Assembly: GCF_003334765.1 (NCBI RefSeq) | Contig: NZ_QOWT01000015.1 | Source of the DNA: Escherichia coli | GTDB taxonomy: Bacteria; Pseudomonadota; Gammaproteobacteria; Enterobacterales; Enterobacteriaceae | DNA length: 64,000 bases | Strand: one strand, 5' to 3' | Part shown: positions 47,238 through 59,054 of the stretch, piece by piece | Layout of the letters: every line of letters begins with the position of its first letter | How positions within the stretch are numbered: the stretch's first letter is position 1 | The notes under the pieces: model-generated | The model's database searches: none | Told to the model about the DNA's origin: nothing | Seen by the model: only the letters and a program-made list of their open reading frames with translations | Program-made: the position numbers and the translations under genes

Positions 47238-47797
47238 GGTTTATTTCCCGGATAGCAACAGCAGCCAACCACATGATCATTCACCAGCCCACATGCCTGC
47301 ATAAAGGAGTAACAGATTGTGGTGCCGACAAACTTAAAACCACGTTTTTTCAGTGCCTTAGATAGGGCGTCGGAGGCGGACGTAGATGTGGGAATTTCGC
47401 TCAACGTTGTGGCTTGTGTCACCTGTGGCTGATGATTTACAAACGACCAGACAAAGTCGACAAACGGTTCGCCGTTCTGTTCCATTTGCAGGTACGCCCG
47501 CGCATTACCAATAATTGCCTGAATTTTCCCTCGATGGCGGATAATCCCGGCGTCCTGTACCAGTCTTTCGACATCCTCTTCCTGCATTGCTGCGACCTTC
47601 ACCGGATCGAACTGATGAAAGCAGGCGCGATAGTTTTCGCGTTTTTTGAGGACGGTGATCCACGATAATCCAGCCTGCTGCCCTTCAAGGCAGATCATTT
47701 CGAACAGTTTTTTACTGTCAGTTTCAGGCACGCCCCACTCATTATCATGGTAGGCAATATAAAGCGGGTCCTGACTCACCCAGCCGCAACGTTCCAT
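47234..47797 (-). CDS. tag: 3-methyladenine DNA glycosylase I
   Basis: 187-aa ORF from MERCGWVSQDPLYIAYHDNEWG; C-terminal Cys cluster. Confidence 0.92.
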   Translation of the reverse strand: MERCGWVSQDPLYIAYHDNEWGVPETDSKKLFEMICLEGQQAGLSWITVLKKRENYRACFHQFDPVKVAAMQEEDVERLVQDAGIIRHRGKIQAIIGNARAYLQMEQNGEPFVDFVWSFVNHQPQVTQATTLSEIPTSTSASDALSKALKKRGFKFVGTTICYSFMQACGLVNDHVVGCCCYPGNKP

Positions 47798-47954
47798 ACT
47801 TTCCCTCGCTATGTACCCGATCGTAAAAATTTCAGCCGCTTTTCTTGACGCATCGGTGAAAAAGTCAATATTTAATACAGGGCTACTATGCCCGATATCC
47901 TTCATACAATGACAATAATATTGCCGAATTCGGCTCTTCCCTGGAGTCGTGTTA

Positions 47955-48653
47955 ATGATCATAAAAAAAAGCGGTGGTCGCTGGCAGCTAAGCCTGCTGG
48001 CGAGCGTGGTAATCAGTGCCTTTTTTCTCAACACAGCTTACGCCTGGCAACAAGAATATATCGTTGATACGCAACCCGGACTTTCCACAGAGCGTTACAC
48101 CTGGGATAGTGATCATCAACCTGATTACAACGATATTTTGTCGCAACGTATTCAAAGTAGCCAAAGGGCGCTGGGACTGGAAGTCAATCTGGCGGAAGAA
48201 ACCCCTGTGGATGTGACCAGCAGTATGAGTATGGGCTGGAATTTTCCTTTATATGAACAGGTTACAACCGGCCCGGTCGCGGCATTACATTACGATGGCA
48301 CAACCACCTCGATGTATAACGAGTTTGGCGACAGTACTACCACGCTGACCGATCCGTTATGGCATGCCAGCGTGAGTACCTTAGGCTGGCGTGTTGACTC
48401 CCGGCTTGGCGATCTCCGACCCTGGGCGCAAATCAGCTATAACCAGCAATTTGGCGAGAATATCTGGAAGGCGCAATCAGGCCTGAGCCGGATGACGGCG
48501 ACAAACCAGAACGGCAACTGGCTGGATGTCACCGTAGGCGCTGATATGTTGCTCAATCAAAATATTGCCGCCTATGCCGCGCTAACTCAGGCAGAAAATA
48601 CCACTAATAATAGCGACTATCTGTATACGATGGGGGTTAGCGCCAGATTTTAA
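47955..48653 (+). CDS. yhjY: Uncharacterized protein YhjY (autotransporter beta-domain-like)
   Basis: 232-aa ORF with signal peptide and C-terminal ...SARF. Confidence 0.8.
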   Translation: MIIKKSGGRWQLSLLASVVISAFFLNTAYAWQQEYIVDTQPGLSTERYTWDSDHQPDYNDILSQRIQSSQRALGLEVNLAEETPVDVTSSMSMGWNFPLYEQVTTGPVAALHYDGTTTSMYNEFGDSTTTLTDPLWHASVSTLGWRVDSRLGDLRPWAQISYNQQFGENIWKAQSGLSRMTATNQNGNWLDVTVGADMLLNQNIAAYAALTQAENTTNNSDYLYTMGVSARF

Positions 48654-48881
48654 CGTAACAGTCACAATTGAAACCATTAAATAACAATAGTTGTGGCGAT
48701 AGTGGGTGCTAACTTACCAAATAATAAATTTGGTGAATAATTGTCGCGTCATTCATTCCTGAACTAAGGCATTTCATTCCGTTCTGATGGCATTTCATGC
48801 CGTTTTTCCCCAGGCATAAAGTGCACTTCGTTATGGTTGTCGGCAGAGATTTTTCCTTTTTATTACTGCAGGAATACTGCC

Positions 48882-50090
48882 ATGACACCTTCAAATTATC
48901 AGCGTACCCGCTGGCTGACACTCATCGGTACTATCATTACCCAGTTTGCGCTGGGGTCGGTTTATACCTGGAGCCTGTTTAATGGCGCGCTTTCCGCCAA
49001 GCTGGATGCGCCGGTAAGCCAGGTCGCTTTCTCTTTCGGCTTGTTAAGTCTGGGGCTGGCAATTTCGTCTTCTGTTGCGGGCAAATTACAGGAACGTTTT
49101 GGCGTTAAACGCGTCACCATGGCTTCCGGCATTTTGCTGGGATTAGGCTTCTTCCTGACAGCGCATTCTGACAACCTGATGATGCTGTGGTTAAGCGCCG
49201 GTGTGCTGGTGGGACTGGCAGATGGCGCGGGTTATCTGCTGACGCTCTCTAACTGTGTGAAGTGGTTCCCGGAGCGTAAAGGTCTGATCTCCGCGTTCGC
49301 TATCGGTTCTTATGGTCTGGGTAGCCTGGGTTTCAAATTTATCGACACGCAGCTGCTGGAAACGGTCGGTCTGGAAAAAACCTTTGTGATTTGGGGAGCG
49401 ATTGCGCTGTTGATGATTGTTTTCGGCGCAACGTTAATGAAAGACGCACCAAAACAGGAAGTGAAAACCAGCAATGGTGTGGTGGAGAAAGATTACACGC
49501 TGGCAGAGTCGATGCGTAAACCGCAGTACTGGATGTTAGCGGTAATGTTCCTGACCGCCTGCATGAGCGGCCTGTACGTGATTGGGGTAGCGAAAGATAT
49601 CGCCCAAAGTCTGGCACACCTTGATGTGGTTTCCGCAGCCAATGCAGTCACTGTTATTTCCATCGCCAACCTTTCAGGTCGTCTGGTGCTGGGTATTCTG
49701 TCTGACAAAATCGCCCGTATCCGTGTTATTACCATTGGTCAGGTGATATCGCTGGTGGGTATGGCGGCCCTGCTGTTTGCACCATTGAATGCAGTGACGT
49801 TCTTTGCAGCGATTGCCTGCGTGGCATTTAACTTTGGCGGCACTATTACCGTCTTTCCGTCACTGGTCAGTGAGTTCTTTGGCCTCAATAACCTGGCGAA
49901 AAACTACGGTGTGATTTATCTCGGTTTCGGTATCGGTAGCATTTGTGGTTCGATTATCGCCTCACTGTTTGGCGGCTTCTATGTGACCTTCTACGTGATT
50001 TTCGCCCTGCTGATTCTGTCATTGGCGCTTTCTACGACGATTCGTCAGCCAGAGCAGAAAATGTTGCGTGAGGCGCATGGCTCCCTTTAA
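48882..50090 (+). CDS. yhjX: MFS transporter YhjX (oxalate/formate antiporter family)
   Basis: 402-aa 12-TM ORF from MTPSNYQRTRWL. Confidence 0.88.
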   Translation: MTPSNYQRTRWLTLIGTIITQFALGSVYTWSLFNGALSAKLDAPVSQVAFSFGLLSLGLAISSSVAGKLQERFGVKRVTMASGILLGLGFFLTAHSDNLMMLWLSAGVLVGLADGAGYLLTLSNCVKWFPERKGLISAFAIGSYGLGSLGFKFIDTQLLETVGLEKTFVIWGAIALLMIVFGATLMKDAPKQEVKTSNGVVEKDYTLAESMRKPQYWMLAVMFLTACMSGLYVIGVAKDIAQSLAHLDVVSAANAVTVISIANLSGRLVLGILSDKIARIRVITIGQVISLVGMAALLFAPLNAVTFFAAIACVAFNFGGTITVFPSLVSEFFGLNNLAKNYGVIYLGFGIGSICGSIIASLFGGFYVTFYVIFALLILSLALSTTIRQPEQKMLREAHGSL

Positions 50091-50413
50091 TGCTCAGCCG
50101 CGAGCTACTGGGCTTCAGCTTCCGTGTGCATCAAACGCATCAACGAAATGTATAAACAATGACTCGTAAAATTTGGGCCAATTAACTGGCCCTTTTTACT
50201 GCTTTTTGTAACGCTAAAGTCTCTTTTCAAACTTGCATTTTTGTAAATTTGTGCTTCATGCACACTCTTTCCCCACACTTTTTCCCTTTGCTGTGGTCTA
50301 CTTATTCGCGCGTGTAGATTTTACTTATCTGACTACCTCCGCACTTTTTCCCTGCCGGGCCTGAAAAGCCACTAAGCAGGGTGTTATCACCTGTTTGTCC
50401 AGGGTTTGTTTGC

Positions 50414-52105
50414 ATGAGATACATCAAATCGATTACACAGCAGAAGCTGAGCTTTTTGCTTGCAATCTATATTGGCCTTTTTATGAATGGCGCGGTTTTT
50501 TACCGCCGCTTCGGCAGCTATGCGCACGATTTTACCGTCTGGAAAGGCATTTCTGCTGTTGTTGAACTGGCCGCCACCGTACTGGTGACCTTCTTTTTAC
50601 TACGTCTTCTTTCGCTGTTTGGCCGCCGCAGCTGGCGTATTCTGGCATCGCTGGTGGTGCTCTTTTCCGCAGGTGCCAGCTATTACATGACCTTCCTTAA
50701 TGTGGTCATTGGTTATGGCATCATCGCTTCCGTCATGACCACCGATATCGACCTGTCAAAAGAAGTTGTTGGTCTGAACTTTATTCTCTGGTTAATCGCC
50801 GTTAGTGCATTGCCTCTTATCCTTATCTGGAATAACCGCTGTCGCTACACCTTGCTCCGACAACTGCGAACCCCAGGGCAGCGTATTCGCAGCCTGGCGG
50901 TCGTCGTACTGGCGGGTATTATGGTTTGGGCACCGATTCGTTTGCTGGATATCCAGCAGAAGAAAGTGGAGAGGGCGACCGGCGTTGATTTGCCGAGTTA
51001 TGGCGGTGTCGTAGCGAACTCTTATCTGCCATCAAACTGGCTTTCTGCGTTGGGGCTGTATGCCTGGGCGCGGGTCGATGAATCTTCCGATAATAATTCA
51101 TTGCTTAATCCGGCGAAGAAATTCACTTATCAGGCACCGCAAAACGTTGATGACACTTATGTCGTGTTTATCATCGGTGAAACCACGCGTTGGGACCATA
51201 TGGGTATTTTCGGCTATGAGCGTAATACCACGCCGAAACTGGCCCAGGAGAAAAATCTGGCGGCGTTCCGTGGTTACTCCTGTGATACCGCAACCAAACT
51301 CTCACTGCGTTGCATGTTTGTACGTCAGGGGGGCGCGGAAGATAATCCGCAGCGCACATTAAAAGAACAGAACATTTTCGCGGTTCTGAAGCAGTTAGGA
51401 TTCAGTTCTGACCTCTACGCTATGCAGAGCGAAATGTGGTTCTACAGCAACACGATGGCGGACAACATTGCTTATCGTGAGCAGATTGGTGCGGAGCCAC
51501 GTAATCGTGGCAAGCCGGTAGATGATATGTTGCTGGTAGACGAAATGCAGCAATCGCTAGGGCGCAACCCGGATGGTAAGCATCTGATCATTCTGCATAC
51601 CAAAGGTTCGCATTTTAACTACACCCAGCGTTATCCGCGTAGCTTCGCGCAGTGGAAGCCGGAATGTATTGGTGTTGATAGCGGCTGTACCAAAGCGCAG
51701 ATGATCAACTCCTATGACAACTCGGTGACCTATGTGGATCACTTTATCTCCAGCGTGATTGATCAGGTTCGCGATAAGAAAGCGATTGTGTTCTACGCAG
51801 CTGACCACGGTGAGTCAATTAATGAACGCGAGCACCTGCACGGCACGCCGCGTGAACTGGCACCGCCGGAGCAGTTCCGCGTACCGATGATGGTCTGGAT
51901 GTCAGATAAATATCTGGAAAATCCGGCCAATGCGCAGGCGTTTGCGCAGCTGAAAAAAGAAGCCGACATGAAAGTGCCACGCCGTCACGTAGAGCTGTAC
52001 GATACCATCATGGGTTGTCTTGGCTATACTTCACCGGATGGTGGAATTAACGAAAACAACAACTGGTGTCACATCCCGCAGGCAAAAGAGGCAGCGGCTA
52101 ACTAA
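50414..52105 (+). CDS. eptB: Kdo2-lipid A phosphoethanolamine transferase
   Basis: 563-aa ORF from [11 protein letters not shown]; N-terminal TM domain plus sulfatase-like domain. Confidence 0.9.
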
Positions 52106-52155
52106 GCGGCCTGCTGACTTTCTCGCCGATCAAAAGGCATTTTGCTATTAAGGGA

Positions 52156-52184
52156 TTGACGAGGGCGTATCTGCGCAGTAAGAT
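52156..52184 (+). promoter_or_regulatory. proK sigma-70 promoter
   Basis: -35 TTGACG (52156-52161), 17-bp spacer, -10 TAAGAT (52179-52184), GC-rich discriminator; ~12 nt upstream of the mature tRNA. Confidence 0.75.
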
Positions 52185-52196
52185 GCGCCCCGCATT

Positions 52197-52362
<166 letters not shown>

Positions 52363-52422
52363 GCGAAGCGAGAGAACGTTGCGCCAGCAACGGCCCGCAG
52401 GGCGAGCCACGAAGTGGCGAGT

Positions 52423-52530
52423 AATCCTCTATCACCGACCAAATTCGAAAAGCCTGCTCAACGAGCAGGCTTTTTTGCATCTGCAGCTCATGAGGATGAG
52501 AACCTCCGGGGGCAGGGAGGTTCGACTCGA
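52423..52530 (+). repeat. Direct repeat copy 2 (tRNA-Pro 3' fragment plus terminator copy)
   Basis: Perfect 108-bp match to 52255-52362; the six-frame ORF 52156-52680 shows the same 37-residue peptide twice. Confidence 0.9.
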
Positions 52531-52531
52531 C

Positions 52532-52617
52532 GTAGGCCTGATAAGACGCGTCAGCGTCGCATCAGGCAAATGTGCCGGCCATTGTCGGATGCGGCGCGAC
52601 CGCCTTATTCGACCTAC
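52532..52617. repeat. REP/BIME element
   Basis: gtaggcctgataagacgcgtcagcgtcgcatcaggc ... gccggccattgtcggatgcggcgcgaccgccttattcgacctac. Confidence 0.75.
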
Positions 52618-53139
52618 ACGACACACATTTCCCTGCCAAATTTGCGCCCCATATCTCACTATCCATTAACGGATTTGTGACAGAAACCATTGTCTTTTTT
52701 TATATTTGCTTAAATCTTTTTTTGCGTTACTTATGGCTGGCCCTGGCATTTTCCGCTGTGCGTTTTAGCGTTCATGGTATTAATCGCTCAGATATCCACC
52801 TTTTCCTCAGATTTTTTTCATTAAATGCATAAAACTTAATCACCAAATGTTGCTAAATATTAAGCTGATTGTTCTGGTCATGTTGGAGTAGCACAAATTT
52901 CTCTGCTGCAAATAGCTGTTTGAAGTTTTTTTAATCTTTGTTTGTGGATTCTCACCGTTGGTGTAAATCCCGGTTGGCTGTATTGACGTTTTCACATTCT
53001 GTTGACAGATTGTAGGTCACGAGGGGCATTTTATGGAGGATCCGCACTGTTACACTGATGTTAATTAGTACGGCATCCCCACCTCATAACGTTGACCCGA
53101 CCGGGCAAAAAACAAAAAAGGTCAGGCAGCGACAACCCA

Positions 53140-53183
53140 CTGCAAAGGGTTAAAACAACAAACATCACAATTGGAGCAGAATA
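53140..53183 (+). promoter_or_regulatory. dppA 5' UTR with CA-rich element (probable GcvB sRNA target) and RBS
   Basis: taaaacaacaaacatcacaattggagcagaata immediately upstream of the ATG at 53184; CA-rich GcvB sites are known for dppA. Confidence 0.5.
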
Positions 53184-54791
53184 ATGCGTATTTCCTTGAA
53201 AAAGTCAGGGATGCTGAAGCTTGGTCTCAGCCTGGTGGCTATGACCGTCGCAGCAAGTGTTCAGGCTAAAACTCTGGTTTATTGCTCAGAAGGATCTCCG
53301 GAAGGGTTTAACCCGCAGCTGTTTACCTCCGGCACCACCTATGACGCCTCTTCCGTCCCGCTTTATAACCGTCTGGTTGAATTTAAAATCGGCACCACCG
53401 AAGTGATCCCGGGCCTCGCTGAAAAGTGGGAAGTCAGCGAAGACGGTAAAACCTATACCTTCCATCTGCGTAAAGGTGTGAAGTGGCACGACAATAAAGA
53501 ATTCAAACCGACGCGTGAACTGAACGCCGATGATGTGGTGTTCTCGTTCGATCGTCAGAAAAACGCGCAAAACCCGTACCATAAAGTTTCTGGCGGCAGC
53601 TACGAATACTTCGAAGGCATGGGCTTGCCAGAGCTGATCAGTGAAGTGAAAAAGGTGGACGACAACACCGTTCAGTTTGTGCTGACTCGCCCGGAAGCGC
53701 CGTTCCTCGCTGACCTGGCAATGGACTTCGCCTCTATTCTGTCAAAAGAATATGCTGATGCGATGATGAAAGCCGGTACACCGGAAAAACTGGACCTCAA
53801 CCCAATCGGAACCGGTCCGTTCCAGTTACAGCAGTATCAAAAAGATTCCCGTATCCGCTACAAAGCGTTTGATGGCTACTGGGGCACCAAACCGCAGATC
53901 GATACGCTGGTTTTCTCTATTACCCCTGACGCTTCCGTGCGTTACGCGAAATTGCAGAAGAATGAATGCCAGGTGATGCCGTACCCGAACCCGGCAGATA
54001 TCGCTCGCATGAAGCAGGATAAATCCATCAATCTGATGGAAATGCCGGGGCTGAACGTCGGTTATCTCTCGTATAACGTGCAGAAAAAACCACTCGATGA
54101 CGTGAAAGTTCGCCAGGCTCTGACCTACGCGGTGAACAAAGACGCGATCATCAAAGCGGTTTATCAGGGCGCGGGCGTATCAGCGAAAAACCTGATCCCG
54201 CCAACCATGTGGGGCTATAACGACGACGTTCAGGACTACACCTACGATCCTGAAAAAGCGAAAGCCTTGCTGAAAGAAGCGGGTCTGGAAAAAGGTTTCT
54301 CCATCGACCTGTGGGCGATGCCGGTACAACGTCCGTATAACCCGAACGCTCGCCGCATGGCGGAGATGATTCAGGCAGACTGGGCGAAAGTCGGCGTGCA
54401 GGCCAAAATTGTCACCTACGAATGGGGTGAGTACCTCAAGCGTGCGAAAGATGGCGAGCACCAGACGGTAATGATGGGCTGGACTGGCGATAACGGGGAT
54501 CCGGATAACTTCTTCGCCACCCTGTTCAGCTGCGCCGCCTCTGAACAAGGCTCCAACTACTCAAAATGGTGCTACAAACCGTTTGAAGATCTGATTCAAC
54601 CGGCGCGTGCTACCGACGACCACAATAAACGCGTTGAACTGTACAAACAAGCGCAGGTGGTGATGCACGATCAGGCTCCGGCACTGATCATCGCTCACTC
54701 CACCGTGTTTGAACCGGTACGTAAAGAAGTTAAAGGCTATGTGGTTGATCCATTAGGCAAACATCACTTCGAAAACGTCTCTATCGAATAA
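53184..54791 (+). CDS. dppA: Dipeptide ABC transporter periplasmic binding protein
   Basis: 535-aa ORF with signal peptide; SBP family 5. Confidence 0.95.
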   Translation: MRISLKKSGMLKLGLSLVAMTVAASVQAKTLVYCSEGSPEGFNPQLFTSGTTYDASSVPLYNRLVEFKIGTTEVIPGLAEKWEVSEDGKTYTFHLRKGVKWHDNKEFKPTRELNADDVVFSFDRQKNAQNPYHKVSGGSYEYFEGMGLPELISEVKKVDDNTVQFVLTRPEAPFLADLAMDFASILSKEYADAMMKAGTPEKLDLNPIGTGPFQLQQYQKDSRIRYKAFDGYWGTKPQIDTLVFSITPDASVRYAKLQKNECQVMPYPNPADIARMKQDKSINLMEMPGLNVGYLSYNVQKKPLDDVKVRQALTYAVNKDAIIKAVYQGAGVSAKNLIPPTMWGYNDDVQDYTYDPEKAKALLKEAGLEKGFSIDLWAMPVQRPYNPNARRMAEMIQADWAKVGVQAKIVTYEWGEYLKRAKDGEHQTVMMGWTGDNGDPDNFFATLFSCAASEQGSNYSKWCYKPFEDLIQPARATDDHNKRVELYKQAQVVMHDQAPALIIAHSTVFEPVRKEVKGYVVDPLGKHHFENVSIE

Positions 54792-54828
54792 TTAAAAGCC
54801 ATACAAGACTGATGGCAAAGGCAAAAAT

Positions 54829-54928
54829 GCCTGATGCGCTCCGCTTATCAGGCCTACGAAAATTCTGCAATGTATTGAATTTGCACGATTTTGTAGGCCG
54901 GATAAGGCGTTAACGCCGCATCCGGCAT
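54829..54928. repeat. REP/BIME element
   Basis: gcctgatgcgctccgcttatcaggcctac ... gtaggccggataaggcgttaacgccgcatccggcat between dppA and dppB. Confidence 0.8.
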
Positions 54929-55098
54929 AAACAAAGCGCACTTTGTCAACAATCTGTATACCCGGTGGCGCTGTGCCTCTGCGTGCAGCGCCATCCGGCA
55001 GCAATACTTCATTCCCTGTCCGATAAGGGCGGGAATTGATTTGTGAGCAATACAGACACGCAGTTCCAGGCTGCGGGTCACTATAGAGAATCCGGGTT

Positions 55099-56118
55099 AT
55101 GTTGCAGTTTATTCTCCGACGTTTGGGACTCGTCATCCCCACGTTTATCGGTATTACCCTTCTCACATTTGCCTTTGTCCACATGATCCCGGGCGATCCG
55201 GTGATGATCATGGCGGGCGAACGTGGGATCTCCCCAGAGCGTCACGCGCAGCTGCTGGCTGAACTCGGCTTAGATAAACCGATGTGGCAGCAGTATCTCC
55301 ATTACATTTGGGGCGTTATGCATGGCGATCTAGGCATTTCAATGAAAAGCCGCATCCCGGTTTGGGAAGAGTTCGTGCCGCGCTTCCAGGCCACGCTGGA
55401 ACTTGGCGTCTGCGCGATGATTTTTGCTACGGCAGTCGGTATTCCGGTCGGCGTGCTGGCTGCGGTTAAACGCGGTTCCATTTTCGATCACACAGCGGTT
55501 GGCCTGGCGCTGACAGGTTATTCAATGCCTATCTTCTGGTGGGGCATGATGCTGATCATGCTGGTTTCGGTGCACTGGAACCTGACGCCCGTCTCCGGTC
55601 GCGTGAGCGATATGGTGTTCCTCGATGACTCCAATCCGTTAACCGGTTTTATGCTAATCGACACCGCCATCTGGGGTGAAGACGGCAACTTTATCGATGC
55701 CGTCGCCCATATGATCTTGCCTGCCATTGTGCTGGGTACTATTCCGCTGGCGGTCATTGTGCGTATGACACGCTCCTCGATGCTGGAAGTGCTGGGCGAG
55801 GATTACATCCGCACCGCGCGCGCCAAAGGGCTAACCCGCATGCGGGTGATTATCGTCCATGCGCTGCGTAACGCGATGCTGCCGGTGGTGACCGTTATCG
55901 GCCTGCAGGTGGGAACATTGCTGGCGGGGGCGATTCTGACCGAAACCATCTTCTCGTGGCCCGGTCTGGGACGCTGGTTGATTGACGCACTGCAACGCCG
56001 CGACTATCCGGTAGTGCAGGGCGGCGTATTGCTGGTGGCGACGATGATTATCCTCGTCAACTTGCTGGTCGATCTGCTGTACGGCGTGGTGAACCCGCGT
56101 ATTCGTCATAAGAAGTAA
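55099..56118 (+). CDS. dppB: Dipeptide ABC transporter permease
   Basis: 339-aa membrane ORF. Confidence 0.95.
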   Translation: MLQFILRRLGLVIPTFIGITLLTFAFVHMIPGDPVMIMAGERGISPERHAQLLAELGLDKPMWQQYLHYIWGVMHGDLGISMKSRIPVWEEFVPRFQATLELGVCAMIFATAVGIPVGVLAAVKRGSIFDHTAVGLALTGYSMPIFWWGMMLIMLVSVHWNLTPVSGRVSDMVFLDDSNPLTGFMLIDTAIWGEDGNFIDAVAHMILPAIVLGTIPLAVIVRMTRSSMLEVLGEDYIRTARAKGLTRMRVIIVHALRNAMLPVVTVIGLQVGTLLAGAILTETIFSWPGLGRWLIDALQRRDYPVVQGGVLLVATMIILVNLLVDLLYGVVNPRIRHKK

Positions 56119-56127
56119 GGGGACATC

Positions 56128-57030
56128 ATGTCACAGGTTACTGAAAATAAAGTGATTAGCGCACCGGTGCCGATGACCCCGTTACAGGAGTTCTGGCACT
56201 ATTTTAAACGCAACAAAGGCGCGGTCGTCGGGCTGGTTTACGTCGTCATCGTGCTGTTCATCGCGATCTTTGCCAACTGGATTGCACCCTATAACCCGGC
56301 GGAACAGTTCCGCGATGCACTGCTCGCCCCGCCAGCCTGGCAGGAAGGCGGCAGCATGGCGCACTTGCTGGGCACCGATGACGTAGGCCGTGATGTGCTG
56401 TCGCGCCTGATGTACGGTGCGCGCCTGTCGCTGCTGGTTGGCTGTCTGGTAGTTGTGTTATCGCTGATTATGGGCGTTATTCTCGGCCTGATCGCCGGTT
56501 ACTTTGGCGGCCTGGTCGATAACATCATTATGCGCGTGGTCGATATCATGCTGGCGCTGCCAAGTCTGCTGCTGGCGCTGGTGCTGGTGGCAATTTTCGG
56601 CCCGTCGATTGGTAACGCCGCGCTGGCACTGACCTTCGTTGCCTTGCCGCACTATGTGCGCTTAACCCGCGCCGCCGTGCTGGTGGAAGTTAACCGCGAT
56701 TACGTCACCGCGTCTCGCGTGGCGGGTGCCGGGGCGATGCGTCAGATGTTTATTAACATCTTCCCGAACTGCCTTGCGCCGCTGATTGTTCAGGCGTCGC
56801 TCGGTTTCTCTAACGCCATTCTCGATATGGCTGCTCTTGGTTTCCTCGGCATGGGGGCACAGCCGCCAACGCCTGAGTGGGGCACCATGCTCTCCGACGT
56901 GTTGCAGTTCGCGCAAAGCGCCTGGTGGGTCGTGACCTTCCCGGGTCTGGCGATCCTGCTGACGGTGCTGGCATTTAACCTGATGGGTGACGGTCTGCGT
57001 GACGCGCTCGATCCCAAACTGAAGCAGTAA
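56128..57030 (+). CDS. dppC: Dipeptide ABC transporter permease
   Basis: 300-aa membrane ORF. Confidence 0.95.
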
Positions 57031-57040
57031 GAGGTTCGAG

Positions 57041-58024
57041 ATGGCGTTATTAAATGTAGATAAATTATCGGTGCATTTCGGCGACGAAAGCGCGCCGTTC
57101 CGCGCCGTAGACCGCATCAGCTACAGCGTAAAACAGGGCGAAGTGGTCGGGATTGTGGGTGAGTCCGGCTCCGGTAAGTCGGTCAGTTCACTGGCGATTA
57201 TGGGGCTGATTGATTATCCGGGCCGCGTAATGGCAGAAAAACTGGAGTTTAACGGCCAGGATTTGCAGCGTATCTCAGAAAAAGAGCGCCGCAACCTGGT
57301 GGGTGCCGAAGTGGCGATGATCTTCCAGGACCCGATGACCAGCCTTAACCCGTGCTACACCGTGGGTTTCCAGATTATGGAAGCGATTAAGGTGCATCAG
57401 GGCGGCAACAAAAGTACCCGCCGTCAGCGAGCGATTGACCTGCTGAATCAGGTCGGTATTCCCGATCCGGCATCGCGTCTGGATGTTTACCCGCATCAGC
57501 TTTCCGGCGGCATGAGCCAGCGCGTGATGATCGCCATGGCGATTGCCTGTCGGCCAAAACTGCTGATTGCCGATGAACCGACCACCGCGCTGGACGTGAC
57601 CATTCAGGCGCAAATCATCGAACTACTGCTGGAGCTACAGCAGAAAGAGAACATGGCGCTGGTGTTAATTACCCATGACCTGGCGCTGGTGGCGGAAGCG
57701 GCACATAAAATCATCGTGATGTATGCAGGCCAGGTGGTGGAAACCGGTGATGCGCACGCCATCTTCCATGCGCCGCGTCACCCGTATACTCAGGCATTGC
57801 TGCGTGCGCTGCCAGAATTTGCTCAGGACAAAGAACGTCTGGCGTCGTTGCCAGGTGTCGTTCCCGGCAAGTACGACCGCCCGAACGGCTGCCTGCTTAA
57901 CCCGCGCTGCCCCTATGCCACTGACAGATGTCGCGCTGAAGAACCGGCGCTGAATATGCTCGCTGACGGGCGTCAGTCCAAATGCCATTACCCACTTGAT
58001 GATGCCGGGAGGCCGACACTATGA
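57041..58024 (+). CDS. dppD: Dipeptide ABC transporter ATP-binding protein
   Basis: 327-aa ORF; Walker A GESGSGKS. Confidence 0.95.
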
Positions 58025-59025
58025 GTACGCAAGAGGCCACCCTGCAACAACCGCTGTTGCAGGCTATCGACCTGAAAAAACATTATCCGGTGAAGAAAGG
58101 CATGTTCGCGCCGGAACGTCTGGTTAAAGCGCTGGATGGCGTTTCGTTTAACCTTGAACGTGGCAAAACGCTGGCAGTAGTGGGCGAATCTGGCTGCGGT
58201 AAATCGACCCTCGGTCGGTTGCTGACGATGATTGAAATGCCCACCGGTGGCGAGCTGTATTACCAGGGGCAGGATCTGCTTAAGCACGATCCGCAGGCGC
58301 AGAAGCTGCGTCGGCAGAAAATCCAGATCGTCTTCCAGAACCCTTACGGTTCGCTGAATCCGCGTAAAAAAGTCGGGCAAATTCTTGAAGAGCCGCTGCT
58401 GATCAACACCAGCTTAAGCAAAGAACAGCGTCGGGAAAAAGCCCTGTCGATGATGGCGAAAGTCGGCCTGAAAACCGAGCACTATGACCGCTATCCGCAT
58501 ATGTTCTCCGGCGGTCAGCGTCAGCGTATCGCCATCGCCCGTGGTCTGATGCTCGACCCGGATGTGGTGATTGCCGATGAACCGGTTTCCGCGCTGGATG
58601 TTTCAGTGCGCGCGCAGGTGCTGAATCTGATGATGGATTTGCAGCAGGAGTTGGGGCTGTCTTATGTCTTTATCTCCCACGACCTGTCGGTGGTGGAGCA
58701 CATTGCTGATGAAGTGATGGTGATGTACCTGGGCCGCTGCGTGGAGAAGGGAACGAAAGACCAAATCTTCAATAACCCGCGCCATCCGTACACTCAGGCG
58801 CTACTTTCCGCGACGCCGCGCCTGAACCCGGACGATCGCCGCGAGCGCATCAAGCTCAGCGGTGAACTACCAAGCCCACTGAATCCACCGCCGGGTTGCG
58901 CCTTCAACGCCCGCTGTCGTCGGCGCTTCGGCCCCTGCACCCAGTTGCAGCCGCAGCTAAAAGACTACGGCGGTCAACTGGTAGCTTGTTTTGCTGTTGA
59001 TCAGGATGAAAATCCGCAGCGTTAA
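58021..59025 (+). CDS. dppF: Dipeptide ABC transporter ATP-binding protein
   Basis: 334-aa ORF; Walker [10 protein letters not shown]; ATGA overlap with dppD. Confidence 0.95.
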
Positions 59026-59054
59026 CTCACAAAACCGGGGCCATGCGCTCCGGT

